Below are positions 22,282-47,330 of a stretch of DNA of 64,000 bases, in pieces. The notes under the pieces are model-generated. The model was not told the origin of the DNA. It saw only the letters and a program-made list of their open reading frames with translations, and made no database searches. Source of the stretch: the human T2T-CHM13v2.0 reference genome, Homo sapiens. Position 1 is the first letter of the stretch, and each line of letters opens with the position of its first letter. The translations under genes were made by a program, and so were the position numbers. The stretch lies in the NCBI RefSeq assembly GCF_009914755.1, contig NC_060939.1, one strand, 5' to 3'.

Positions 22282-23526
22282 CTAGTAAGTAGCAAGGCTG
22301 GGATTCAAACACAGGTCTGTCTCACTTCAAAGCCTAGAATACAAAATAAGTCCTACTTCCTTACCAGAGTGAGATATTCAAGGCATGAGTACTACCAAAA
22401 TCTGAGAAAACTGATGAAAGAATAGGCCCTTCCTAACCTGTCTTTCTCCTACTCTTTCTCCTGTGTTCATCCCCCTTACACACCACCTCCTGGCTGCCCA
22501 GGTCTGGAGACTTTCCCCAAGGACTATCTTCTCATCAAAATGTATCTGTCCTGTTCTACTCTTCACCATAGTGACATTGCATTGTAAAGAATTGATGTGC
22601 CCTTCCCTCTAGTTCACACGTTTTTGCATTCTAAGTTGGACTTCCTGGGAGTATTGAACAATATTAAGAAATAATTCAAAAGATGGAAATTTCAGAACCT
22701 GGAAAAGGGACATGGATAAAATCAAAGCTGTTTACAGAGAAGTAGGCCTCTGAGAGTTCACCATTTTGTACCATGTAGATCTTCACAAACGTACACACAC
22801 ACACACAGCCAGCTGTGAGTTCCCTGAGAGCTGAACCTGGGGCTGTCTTGTTCAGTGCCTGGAAATCAATAAATATATAATGAATCAATGATATCTGAAA
22901 TACACAACTGCACTTTATTTTCCCTGGGCCTCAGACTAACCCAGCACATGCGCCAATTGTTCCAGGTGACAGGATTTGTATTCATCTTTAGCAAAACACC
23001 GCTTCCTATCCCCTCTCTTAGTGAGCCCTGCTGACCCTCCAAAAAGGTCAGAAAGAACCAAGCCTCAGTGAATGACAATGACCCCCATCATTGGGAAATA
23101 TGGAATAAAGCTTTCAAGAGCACTGAGAGAATGAAGACGAACAGGTTTGCCTGTGTGTGGTGGTGAATGTGAGTTACTGCAGACAGTTAAAGCGATCACC
23201 AAAAACCCAGCAAAACCAGCAGTTCCTTGAGAAACATTCACTAGCCTTGTGAGGATCTACAGATATGTAGATGGACTCTCTTGGTTGCAAAGGGGGAACA
23301 TTACTGGTTCACATCACTGGAAATTCCATGATATATCCAGCTTCAGAAATGGCTGGATGCCGATAATCAAAGATCATCATGGACTTTATGTCTCATACTA
23401 TATCTCTAGGCACTGCATTCCTTTGGAATGGCTTCATTCCCTAGCAGCTCGCTCTCTCTCTGCATAGAGAAGGATCATGGCACCTAGCAGCTCTAGGCTT
23501 ATGTTGTCATTAGAATTCTTTTTTTT

Positions 23527-24245
<719 letters not shown>

Positions 24246-24299
24246 ATATTTTTAAAAAAACTATAAAATAAAACACAATTTCAAAAAAAAAAAAAAACA

Positions 24300-24985
<686 letters not shown>

Positions 24986-25210
24986 TCATCTAAAGTGAAG
25001 ATTCTTGTCACCACCAGGTCAAGAAATAGAATATCTTGCAACCTACCCCAGAAGTTCCATCCATGAGCCCCTTCCCAATTGCAACCCTCCTCATATCCTG
25101 ATTTTTGTATTAATCACCCAAATGTGCATTATTAAACTAGGGTTTAGTCTTTCCCATTCCTCTCCAAGCTAATATGTCCCTAAGCTTTTTTCAACCCATA
25201 TCTTCCCGTC

Positions 25211-27796
<2,586 letters not shown>

Positions 27797-28136
27797 CCCT
27801 CTATCCCTTTTCTTTACCCAGTCTGTTAAAGAATCCTTTTGACCTGCACAGCTTCCCATGGTCTAGATTTTGCTGATTGCATATTCTTGGTGCAGTTCAA
27901 CCAGTTTTTCTGTCACCCATATTTCCTGCCATCTACAGCTGTATCCAAGGACTGGATTAAACTCAGGTTTGGTCCTTTGATAACAGAGTAAGAGATATTA
28001 GGTAAGTCCATAGCAAACACACATGCCTGGTTATCTCCCTTTTTATGATGATAACATCCATGTTAACATGTTATAGTGCCTAATGCCCATATCTATTAAT
28101 TCACTGAGGGTTGTTAAATGATGATATTCTCATTCA

Positions 28137-28210
28137 AGGGTTGGCAAACCATGGCCTGCAGGCCAAATCTGTCAAACTTCCCCTGTTTCTATAAGTAAAA
28201 TGTTGTGGTC
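28137..28210 (+). mobile_element. MER58-like hAT fragment
   Basis: CAAGGGTTGGCAAACCATGGCCTGCAGGCCAAATCTG. Confidence 0.7.
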
Positions 28211-28645
28211 AGGAAGCAACAGTCAGGCATGGAAAGCCAAGATCTAAGGTCTAGTCTCTGGAAACACCAGGCTGCTGGTCCCCTCTGAGGTCATGCCATC
28301 TCCCTGGGATTAGTCAGGTTAGAGTACAGGACCCCAAAGTCACAGAATCTACAGACTTCTATCTCCTCTTGTCTCAAGGACTCTCTCTTTACTTTCATGG
28401 CTTGAGCCTACCCTATCTTAGAACATCTAACCTCTCCCCCTTCCCCCATCATAATCCCCTCAAAGAGCTCCAATTTTTAGAAACCTAACCCAGGAGAGCA
28501 AGCCACCTTAGGTGACCTCTTCTCTCAGCCCTACAGGTCAAACTTCCTCTGAGGCAGGAAACTTAAAAGCTTGCATACCTTTTCAGAAAACAAGGGGGAA
28601 ACCCCAAGAATAACTAACTAAATAAATGGCTGTTATCCTTTCTAA

Positions 28646-29428
<783 letters not shown>

Positions 29429-30949
29429 GGACCCAAGGACAGGACTGGAATAGCTGCTCTGAGCACTCTGGGACCTTATGGGATCCCAGCCTCTACTCTT
29501 CTGTTTTGCATGCGCTCCATTCTCCTTTCTCTGCAAAACATTTCTTCTCGTTTCTCTTTTCCCCTGGCAGAAAATAGCCATCCTGTGGCTCTCAATTCTG
29601 TCTTTCAGTTCAAGAGACAGTGGATATTCACTAGTATTTCTCAAGGCCAAAATTTCCAGATGGATAAATCTGATTGTTTCACCCCCAGAGGTTGCAGATA
29701 TCCCTTGCCCTCAAGTCCTGTTGGCCAGAACTTATTCACGTGGCTACGTCTAGCTGTAAGGGAGGCTGGGTTTCATGGCCTCTAACGGGATGATCATAGG
29801 CTCTGTGGCTCTTCCTAAAAGGAAGAAAGGTAAAATGGCTACTGGAGACAGCTGCCTCTGCCACACTCCATATCAAATGCTTAGTTGTTTAAGACAAAGA
29901 ATATGGCATCCCCTAGAGATAAGGCCAAAGACAAATGATAGCCTCAACCCATGCTGGGAGCTGTAAGCTATAAAGAGAGAGGAACTGACACCAACAAGAA
30001 ACAGACCTGATACCTTCTTTTTGTAGGTGAAATTCACAAAAATGGGATTCCCAAGTCAAAGATCATGTGTATTTTAAATTTTAATTCATATAGCCAGATT
30101 ATTTTCCCACAAGGTTGTAGTAATTTCCATTTCTATCACCTGGCATCTGTTTTACTTGGTGCAGTTCAACGAGTTTTTCTGTCCCCCATATTTCCTACAA
30201 TCTGCAGCTATATCCAAGGACTGGATTAAACTCAAGTTTGGTCCTTTGACAACAGAATGAGATAGAGCCCTCCAGAATAACCTTTTTTTTTCTGTATTTG
30301 ATAGCCAGTAAGATGTGGCATCTGTTTTCTCAGTCTTACGAGCATTGTATGTTATCTATCAGTCTTTCAAGTTTTACCAATCTGAAAGATGAAAAAGGTA
30401 TACATTACCTAACTACAAGTCAGTTTGCAGGATAAACATGTTTCCTGTTTGTTGCTTTACTCATGGCCTCAGGACACACCAATCTATATGTCTTCAACCC
30501 ACCTCAGTTTGCAAAGCCTGACAGCACAATTCCACCTTTGCTTCGGCAGCTGCACCACTCTCTGTGCATTAATAAAGCCCTTCTGGAAAACAATTTGCCA
30601 AAATAAATCATTGTTCTCACCTTTAGTTCAGTGACCCCTCTTCTGGAAATCTATCTGACAGAAATAATCTAACTTATAGAGAAAACTATATGCACAAAGA
30701 TGTTCATTACAGCATTATTTATAACAGAAGAATTTTAAAAGCAATCTAAGTAGCCAACAATATTACACAAGGGTTAGTCAAGCTATGGTATGATGTAATC
30801 CTAAATCCATTAAAATGGTAATTATGAAGACTATGGAGTAATATGCAAATTAATCATGATATAAAATATGGATAGATTAGGTATGCATATGTTAATTAAT
30901 TTGATTTAGCCATATCAAAATGTGTATATATTTCAAAACATCATGTTGT

Positions 30950-33835
<2,886 letters not shown>

Positions 33836-34044
33836 TTACAAAATTGTGTTTGTAAATACATATGACTTTTGTTCAATTAAAACGTAATAAATGTTAAATA
33901 AAATAAAAATGGATTGAGGATAGCTTCTGCTTTTGCATGCCTTTAAGGAATTGCCCTCTTTCTGGCTGTGTGGCACTATTCCTCCTAGTCCCTGACTGCA
34001 GGAGTGGGTATGTGACACAGGCCTGGAGAATCACGATACCCTGT

Positions 34045-34490
34045 CATAACAAACTTAATGGCTTAAAACAACGAACATTTTTTATCTTACATTTCTGGGA
34101 AGTCAGAAGTTTGAAATAGGTCTATATGGACTAAAGTCAAGGTGTTGGCTGAGCTGTGTTCCTTCTGGAGGATCTAGGGGACACTGTTTCCTTTTCAGTT
34201 TCTAAAAGTTGCCTCCATTTCTTGGCTCATAGCCTGTTCCTCCATCTTCAAAGCCAGGAGCACAGCATTTTCAAACCGCTCTCTCACCCTGACTCTAACC
34301 TGCCTTTTATAAGGACCTTTGTGATTCTGCTCAGCCCACTGGAGAATCCAGAATACTCTCCCCATCTGAAAATCCTTAACTTAATCATATCTGCAAAGCC
34401 CTCTTTGCCATGCAAGGTAACATATTCACAGGGGCCAGGGATTAAGACAAGGCGGTCTTTCAAAGGTCATCATTCTGCCTCCCACACAAG
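34045..34490 (-). mobile_element. MLT1 (B/C-like) LTR
   Basis: GGCTTAAAACAAC...CTGGGAAGTCAGAAGT...CCATGCAAGGTAACATATTCACAGG. Confidence 0.8.
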
Positions 34491-35279
34491 TTATATAACT
34501 ACAAAATTTAAGACTTGGAACATGTACAAAAACGTTACTCGCAATTTCTCCATCACCCTAAACACAATCACTAATGATATCTTTCTTGAGTCTTTCCAAT
34601 CTTTTTTCTGTTTACAGTTGTTCACACAGTTACAATTATACCATTTTGTATTTAACTTTTTCACTTGATACATACCACCCACCATTTCCTATGCCTTTAT
34701 GATACTCATTAGCAATGGCTGCATAATATGCCACTGAGTGGATATGTTGTCACTTATTTAACCAACTCCATGTTGTTAGACCTTTAGGTTGACATGTAGG
34801 TTTCCATCTTTTCACTCTTATACATAACGAGCCAATGAACAAATATATGCATACAGCTCTTTCTAAATATGTGGATTATTTCTTTAGAATAGATTATCAG
34901 AGGTGGGATTACCAAGCCTAAAGAAATAAACAGTTTGATGTGAACAGCCAAATTACATCCCCAAAGATTGCAGTGATTTCACTCCCACCTGTGATAAAGG
35001 AGAATGCCTAATTCACTACCCCCCATCAGTTGTTGTCACTCCAGGGGAGTGAATTCAAAGCCCTTGCCAAATGTCATTTGACTCATTCTCTATATCCTGT
35101 ATGTACTCAGGCATCTTGTCCCAAGTTATGACATTTACGGTAAACCTGAAGTGTCATGATTTCTCAGGTATGTTTTCATCACTCAGAACTGAATTAGCCA
35201 GTCAACTAAGTCAACATTTCATCCAAAGATATGTAAAGTTAGAAACCAACTTTCCAGCAGTGATTTTGATTTATTAATT

Positions 35280-35899
<620 letters not shown>

Positions 35900-36214
35900 C
35901 TCTTTTATGGTTTCGTATAATAAACAGCACCAATCCCTGCCACAACAGCTGTGGAGCACACCTGGAACATGTCAACATGTCTTCCTTGTTTGTAGAACTG
36001 TGCCCAGCTGAACCCACCTGGTGGATCCTTAAGCTGCTCACCCTCCTGAACTCTGAAAGGGAAAGGGTCCTAACTTCCCAGACCTTGCCAAGCATGCAGC
36101 CTCAGGCCACTATGACAACACAGAGAGGTAAAGCCACATTAGCATCTAGACTTGTGGCTGCCTCTGGTCCTAAGTTAAAGCTATGCTCTGAAAATGGTAA
36201 CATCACGATAGCGC

Positions 36215-36450
36215 TAACAGCAATGACCCACATCTACTGAGTAATGGTTAAAGTACAGGCATTGTGCTCGGTATGATTATATGGATCATCTCATTTCTCC
36301 TTACAAGAACTCTAGAAGGTATCTGCTATAAAACCATTTTAAAATGAGGAAATTGAGCCTCAGAAAAGTTAAGGAATTTGCCCAAGGCCACACAGCTAAC
36401 AAGTAGCAAAACCAGGATGTGAGGCCAGATGCTATCTGACTCCAGAGGAG
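36215..36450 (-). mobile_element. MIR
   Basis: GAGGAAATTGAGCCTCAGAAAAGTTAAGGAATTTGCCCAAGGCCACACAGCT. Confidence 0.85.
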
Positions 36451-37125
36451 AATTCTTAACAACATATTAGGTGGTGTTGCTGCTAAAAATATCTGCAGCA
36501 TATTGTCTTAGTGTGTTACTCATCAAAACCCAGAGTCTTAGGGAAAAGCAACCTGGTGCCTTTCTGTACATTCAAAGAAAAGCAGCAGGGTAGGCCCCTA
36601 AACAACAGTGAGGCCTTGGAAAAGAAACACAGAAATAATGAAGAGGCGTTTGTATCTTGTCCACACATTCTTTTGCTGTCTGATTCGCCTTCTCAACTGG
36701 GAAATACAATGAGGACATGTATGTGTAACTGGGTTCAGGATCCTGGTTTGTCTCTAAGATCAAAAGGTCAGCACCTTGAATTCTGGGCTATGTCATGTGT
36801 CTGCATTTCCACAGCATCCCATAATTCCAGGCCTGGCCTAAGGGCACTGGGCCAGACGGAAGCACAGATGGAAGGCCTTGGTTGGTGATCCTGAGCCAGG
36901 GTCTCTTAGCCAGGAGGCTGCACCCCAGACACAGACACTCCAGCAGAAATGTTGAGTGGGTGGATGCAGATGTTAACCTCCTCAGCCTCAAGAGCCCTCA
37001 GACCAGGCTTCAGACTCAAAATTCAATCCCAACTAGCAGTGTGAAGTTGTGACCTCCAGACTTTGACCCCTTCTAAGCACATCCTCCCTTATTGTTGCTG
37101 CCGTCTCTATTCATCCTTTTTGTGA

Positions 37126-38685
<1,560 letters not shown>

Positions 38686-38688
38686 TCA

Positions 38689-39201
<513 letters not shown>

Positions 39202-39339
39202 AGAATAGAGGGCCAGAATGAAAGGAGCTAGTTGTTCACCCACAGAATTCAGAGTTGGGCAAAGTTAGAAGCAATGGAGAAGGCATTTAGCAGGCTTTTG
39301 TAGGCCACTGTAGGCTTTCCTCACTGCAAGATTTTTGAC

Positions 39340-39600
39340 AGACTGCTAGAATACCTTCTGGAGCAGAAAGCTCACTTTTTCACAAGAGAGCCAAGGCCAT
39401 TGCTGGCAGCTGTGTTAAAAACTTCTTCCTTAGTTGAAGTCTACTTCCTCAGAAATGCACCCATTGGTCCTATCTCTACAGAGGCTGAACAGCTGCTCCC
39501 CCACCCACTGCCTTCCGGAGGTGAGGCTTTCAAGTGTAATGAAATCTTTGAAAGGTGCTTGTACTAAATCAAAGACACCAGCTGCACCCAGGGTGTACCA
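39340..39600 (-). mobile_element. Ancient L3/CR1 LINE fragment
   Basis: GCTGTGTTAAAAACTTCTTCCTTAGTTGAAGTCTACTTCC...CACCCATTGGTCCTA resembles reverse L3. Confidence 0.55.
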
Positions 39601-40276
39601 GCTGCCATCATCCACTGCCACAGGAACAGTGGATCTTCTAGGTGCTTTCAGAGTCCATGAACCAGTGACAATACTAGTCTGGTGCCTGCCACAAACAAAC
39701 AGGCTCTTTAAAGCAGTGCCCTGGATCAAAGAGCAGAACCAGATCATCCTTGGAAGAAAAGGGCCGAGCAGATTTGGAAACACGGCCAGATGCCCCAGAC
39801 TCCTCTCCTTATAGCAGCTGTCAGAATTACAAGAAAGTATCTGTTGATGTCCCTGGTCCCTGTGCCCTGAAAACCTTCCTCCTCACTCTCTGGCCTAGGA
39901 GTAGAAATGGTTTCCTGCTGCTGCTGATCTGAGTTGTGTCATACTCTCCAGTGCTTTCTTGATTCTTCCATTGCTTGTGTGATGTCTATTAACATCTTTC
40001 TGTTTTAAATACTCAAAGTAGTATTCGTTTTCAGACTAGACATTACTCATGTAGGCTATGTTACCTGTATTACATTACCTATATATGTTACCTTCAGCTG
40101 TCATGCTTCAAGCACCCCCTTGCTGTTCTACAAGTGCTAAATTTCCTCCTTTAGACTAGCTATTCATTTTCCCATTTAACAGCCTTGGTAACTGATTTAG
40201 AAAAAATCTCTCTCTCTCTTTTTTTTAAAGAATCTCTGAAAAGGAAGATACAGGTCTGTGTGATCCACAAAGATCA

Positions 40277-41108
<832 letters not shown>

Positions 41109-41343
41109 GTGAGTATAAACAAATGGGGAGGTTTGCGGACTGAACTCTGAACATTCCTGTGTTCAGAGGTTAGGAAATTATGGAAGAACCAGGAGAGGGG
41201 ACTGAAGAGACAGGGTGTGTGTATGTGTGTGTGTGTGTATGTGTGTGTGTAGCAAGGAGAGAGGAGAGACTGTGAATGATCCTTGGGTAACTGCAGTCCA
41301 TGTCTGTCTGTATGTCTTGTACCTCTGAGTTTGTGTAGCAGAG

Positions 41344-41885
41344 GACAGCCACATGGACTTTGAGTCTGCAAGCAAAGTTCCAGGCATGCAGTGAAAGTTC
41401 AGTGACCTCCCCAAAAAGGGTCCATAAACTCAGTTCATGGGTCTCTCCAAGAAGCCCCTACAACTTGAGTTCAATGCAGTCCTCAAGAATGTCCTGTTGG
41501 ACCTGAGTTTATCAGCCTCCCCAGACAGCCTCACAGTTAGAGTCAGTACATTTCCTAAGAACCCCCTGCCTGAATTCAGTGAGCCCCTGCAGCCTAAATT
41601 TCGCACATTTCCCAGAAAGGTCCCACAGCCTCAGTTCAGTCACTTCGCTAGGGTGTCCTTAGAATCTGAGTTCTGAGCACTTCTCAAAGGTTCCTGCAGC
41701 CCGAGTTCAAAGCATTTTGACCTCCCTGCAGGCTGATTCCCTCTATGTCCTACCCCCAGGAAACCCCTGTGCCTCTAGTCCCCATCACTCCAGGCTCACC
41801 CTCAGGCTCTAAGTTACCAAGGCCCAAGGCCAGGAAGGCATGTGAAGCCAGGAGTCTTTTACTTCAGGGAAGAAAGGACACTAGG

Positions 41886-41917
<32 letters not shown>

Positions 41918-42165
41918 CTGCTTACTCTGACAAAGGCCTCTGCCCCTTGCTGGCAGCCTAGTGTCCCCATCTGCCAAGCCCCTAGGAGACCCTCAGTGGT
42001 GGCCACAGGTAGATCAGGGTGCAGACTCAGGATGGTGAGAAAGAAGGATCCCAGGAGAGAAGGGGGCTGAGTCTCCCTGGCAGCTCTGTCTTTCTCCCAT
42101 TTTTCTCTTTCTCTCACCTCTGCTGGTAGCAACACCCAGGTCATGCACCCTGAATGGACTCTACA
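41344..42165 (+). pseudogene. Degenerate unprocessed PRAM1-like (FYB/ADAP family) pseudogene: exon-2-like (41344-42008) and exon-3-like (~42119-42165) remnants
   Basis: Translation across frameshifts gives DSHMDF/SLQAKFQA...SDLPKK, 12-aa repeats (KKPLQLEF, PEFISLPR, STFPKNPLPEF, TFPRKVPQPQF, LQPEFKAF), RPLPLAGSLVSPSAKP and RRPSVVAT G|gtagat, colinear with recalled PRAM1. In-frame stops at 41392, 41425 and 41674. Confidence 0.8.
41388..41740 (+). repeat. Degenerate ~36-bp tandem repeat, ~10 units
   Basis: Units resemble GCAGCCTGAGTTCAGTGCACTTCCCAAGAAGGTCCCT, recurring every ~35-37 bp with one shortened unit. Confidence 0.85.
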
Positions 42166-42469
42166 GTGAATGGGAGGAGCAAAGGGAAAGGGAAGGCATA
42201 GAAGGCCAAGGGAGTCCTAAGCTAGGCCAGCATCTTGGCAAGGAGCTGGCAGAGCTCCCCAATGTTAGAGAGCTCAACACCACTCCCCTTGGGAGAATCT
42301 CTGATGTTAGAGGGCTCTTCGATACCCCCTAACCCTCAGGAAAAAATGTTTGGGGCTGGGCGTGCCAAGGGCTCTGGTCCTCAGTCTGCTGCAGAGAGTA
42401 GAAAAACATTTATTCAAAACTAGTCTCTAACCCCCTCAATGCCAAAAAAGTTTATCCTGATATCAACAG

Positions 42470-43780
<1,311 letters not shown>

Positions 43781-44209
43781 GGAGGTAGCCCATCTGTGCC
43801 CTCTAGGGAGAACAGGTGTCAGGGCACAAAGGAGAGTACATGTCACTGTGGTTCAAAGTCGACTTAGGAGGGTCAGTGAGGAGCCATGAGGGGCCAAAGC
43901 ATGCTGTGCGGTTTCCCCTGGCTCCTTTAGGCAACAACAAGCCCGCCTTCCAGCTACTCTGGATGGTTGATCTGCCAGGAGCCTCTCCACCTCATAGAAG
44001 GTAACCTGGCCTGCTGGGAAGCACCCAGCCTTCAGCTTGACTTTGAGTTTGCAACTCTACTTGGCTGCTTCCTCGTTGAGTAGCTATAGGTAAATTCATT
44101 AACTTAGCCTCCGTTTTCTCATCTATAAAATGGCATCTTCACAGGGATTAAATAAAAGAACATTGTGAATATAATCAACTTAACTATGGACTTAAAAATG
44201 GTTACAATG

Positions 44210-44910
<701 letters not shown>

Positions 44911-45929
44911 TGAATCGTACACCTTAAATGGGTATATTGTATGGTATGTGAATTATAGCTCAGTAAATCTGTTAAAAAACATGAATGGGCATATTAATTT
45001 GCTTATTTAATTATTTCCTATAAAGTGTTGTTTATAGGAATCGTGCCAACTTACTGCCCAAGTTAAGTTTTATTTGTTGGTATATATTAACACATATACA
45101 CACAGTTTACAATTTAATTTTCACCCTAAGTGGTGTACAGTCATTAAAGGGGCCCAGACCTCTGGGCTGCTCCAGGTTAAGAACCTTGCCCATGTCTCCT
45201 AGACCCTGAGTCTGATCTTCATCTCAGAAGTTGTCAAACTCCACCTGCAAAGCTCACTCTGGGGTAACCAAGCTCTGGAGAACCCAGGCCTCTGATGCAG
45301 ACGCTTGAGAGGCTGATAAACAGGAAGGCCAATGGCTCCTTTTACCGATGGGGACACACTGAGCAGTCCTGGGTAAGGGCCCTCCCCATCACTGCGTGCC
45401 CAGCAGAAAGGAGGAACACAGGGTGCTCAGTGTTCTTCAGCACCCTCTTCCTAGCTATAACAACCATGGTTTTCACTGGCTGGTTCAACTTTATTGTGGG
45501 ATAGAAGTCAATGATCAGAGCAGATATAAATAAAGAGCATTAGAAAATAATGAATCAGGAACATTTTTTTTTTTTTAAGATTCCAGTTCTACAAACCTGT
45601 TAGGAAAAACATCAGCCCCTACCACTCCCGTTTCCCACTTTCCAGGGAAACCACGTTCAGCTCTTACAGTGTCTTAAAAAAAAAAAAATCTACTCCTTCC
45701 TGCTATTTTTCAGATTGGAAAACAGTTTGTAGAAGTCCTGGATGAGGGTCTCAATTTTGACAATTGCTCTAAGAGAACCTGTAAAGCAATATGAAATCTT
45801 GTAGAGCAATAGTAATTAGCTGTGGTAGAGGGTAGTTATAATAATGTAACTATTGCATCCTAACCCCTCTACCACAGCTAATTATTTCATGTTGCTGTAC
45901 AGATTGCAAATGACTCTCCTCTACAGTAT

Positions 45930-47330
45930 ATCTTTTTTTTTTTTTTTTTTTTTTTGTTTTTGTTTTTGTTTGAGATGGAGTCTCGCTCTGTCTCCCATGC
46001 TGGAATGCAGTGGCGCGATCTCAGCTCACTGCAACCTCCGCCTCACGGGTTCACGCCATTCTCCCGCCTCAGCCTCCTGAGTACAGGCACCCGCCACCAT
46101 GCCGGGCTAATTTTTTTTTCCTTTTTTTTTTTTTTTTTTTTTTGTATTTTTAGTAGAGACGGGGTTTCACCGTGTTAGCCAGGATTGTCTCAATCTCCTG
46201 ACCTCGTGATCTGCCCGCCTCAGCTTCCCACAGTGTTGGGATTACAGGCGTGAGCCACCGCGCCTGGCCTATATCTTTCTTTTTTTAAAAAAGGTAATTT
46301 TTATTGTGTTAAAATATACATAATATAAAATTTATCTTTTTTACTTTTTATTTTTTCTTTGAAACAGGGTCTCACTCTGTCACCCAGGCTGGAGTGCAGT
46401 GGCACAATCATAGCTCACTTCAGCCTTGAACTCCTGGATTCAAGCGGTCTTCCTGCCTTAGTCTCCAGAGTAGTTGGGCATTTTAACAATTTTTGACTGT
46501 ACAATTCTTTGGCATTAAGTATATTCATGTTGTGTAGGCATCACCACCATCCATCTTAAAACTTTTTCACCACCTTAAACTGAAACTCTGTACCCATTAA
46601 ACAATAACTCCCCATTGCTTCCTCCTCCAGCTCCTGATAATGACTACTCTACTTTCTTTCTCTATGAGTTTGACTCCTCTACGAACCTCATCTACCTGGA
46701 ATCATACATTTGTCCACCTTTTGTGTCTGGCTTCTTTCACTTAACATAGTGTTTTCAAGGATCATCATGTTGAAGCATGTATCAGAATTACATTCCTTCT
46801 TCAGGCTAAATGGTATTCCGTTGTGTATGTATCATACTTTGCTTATCCATTCATCCATTAATGGATGCTTGGGTTGTTTCCACTGTTTGGCTCTTGTGAA
46901 TAACGCTGCTATGAACATGAGGGTAAAAATATCTGTTGAAGTCCCTGCTTTCAATTCATTCATTCATTCATTGAGACAGGATCTTACTTTATCAGTCAGG
47001 CTGGAGTGCGTGGTGTGATCACAGCTCACTGCAGCCTCAACCTTCCAGGCTCAAGCCATCCTCCCACGTCAGCCCCCTTAGTAGCCAAGACCACAGGTGC
47101 ATGCCACCATGCCCAGCTAATTTAATTTTTTTTTTGTAGAGAAGGGGGGGTCTCACTATGTTGCCCAGGCTGGTCTTGAACTCCTGCCTCAAGCAGTCCT
47201 CCCTCTTTAGCCTCCCAAAGTTCTAGGATTGCAAGTGTGAGCCACTGAGCCCAGCCTCAATTTTTTGTATACCTAGAAGTGGAATTGCTGGATCTTCTAG
47301 TAATTTTATGTTTAATTTTTTGAGGGACCT
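45930..47330 (-). mobile_element. AluY (45930-46270) and L1MB-like fragment (46290-47330) with inserted Alus
   Basis: GGGTTCACGCCATTCTCC (AluY); L1M CTGAAACTCTGTACCCATTAAACAATAACTCCCCATT. Confidence 0.85.

Noticed and set aside
39430-39814. Overlapping 117- and 126-aa ORFs suggesting a processed pseudogene
   Set aside because: Better explained by an ancient L3/CR1 remnant; no recognisable parent gene.
41388-41740. 36-bp periodic array as a CRISPR-like or satellite structure
   Set aside because: No repeat-spacer alternation, eukaryotic context, and codon-periodic homology to PRAM1 explains it.
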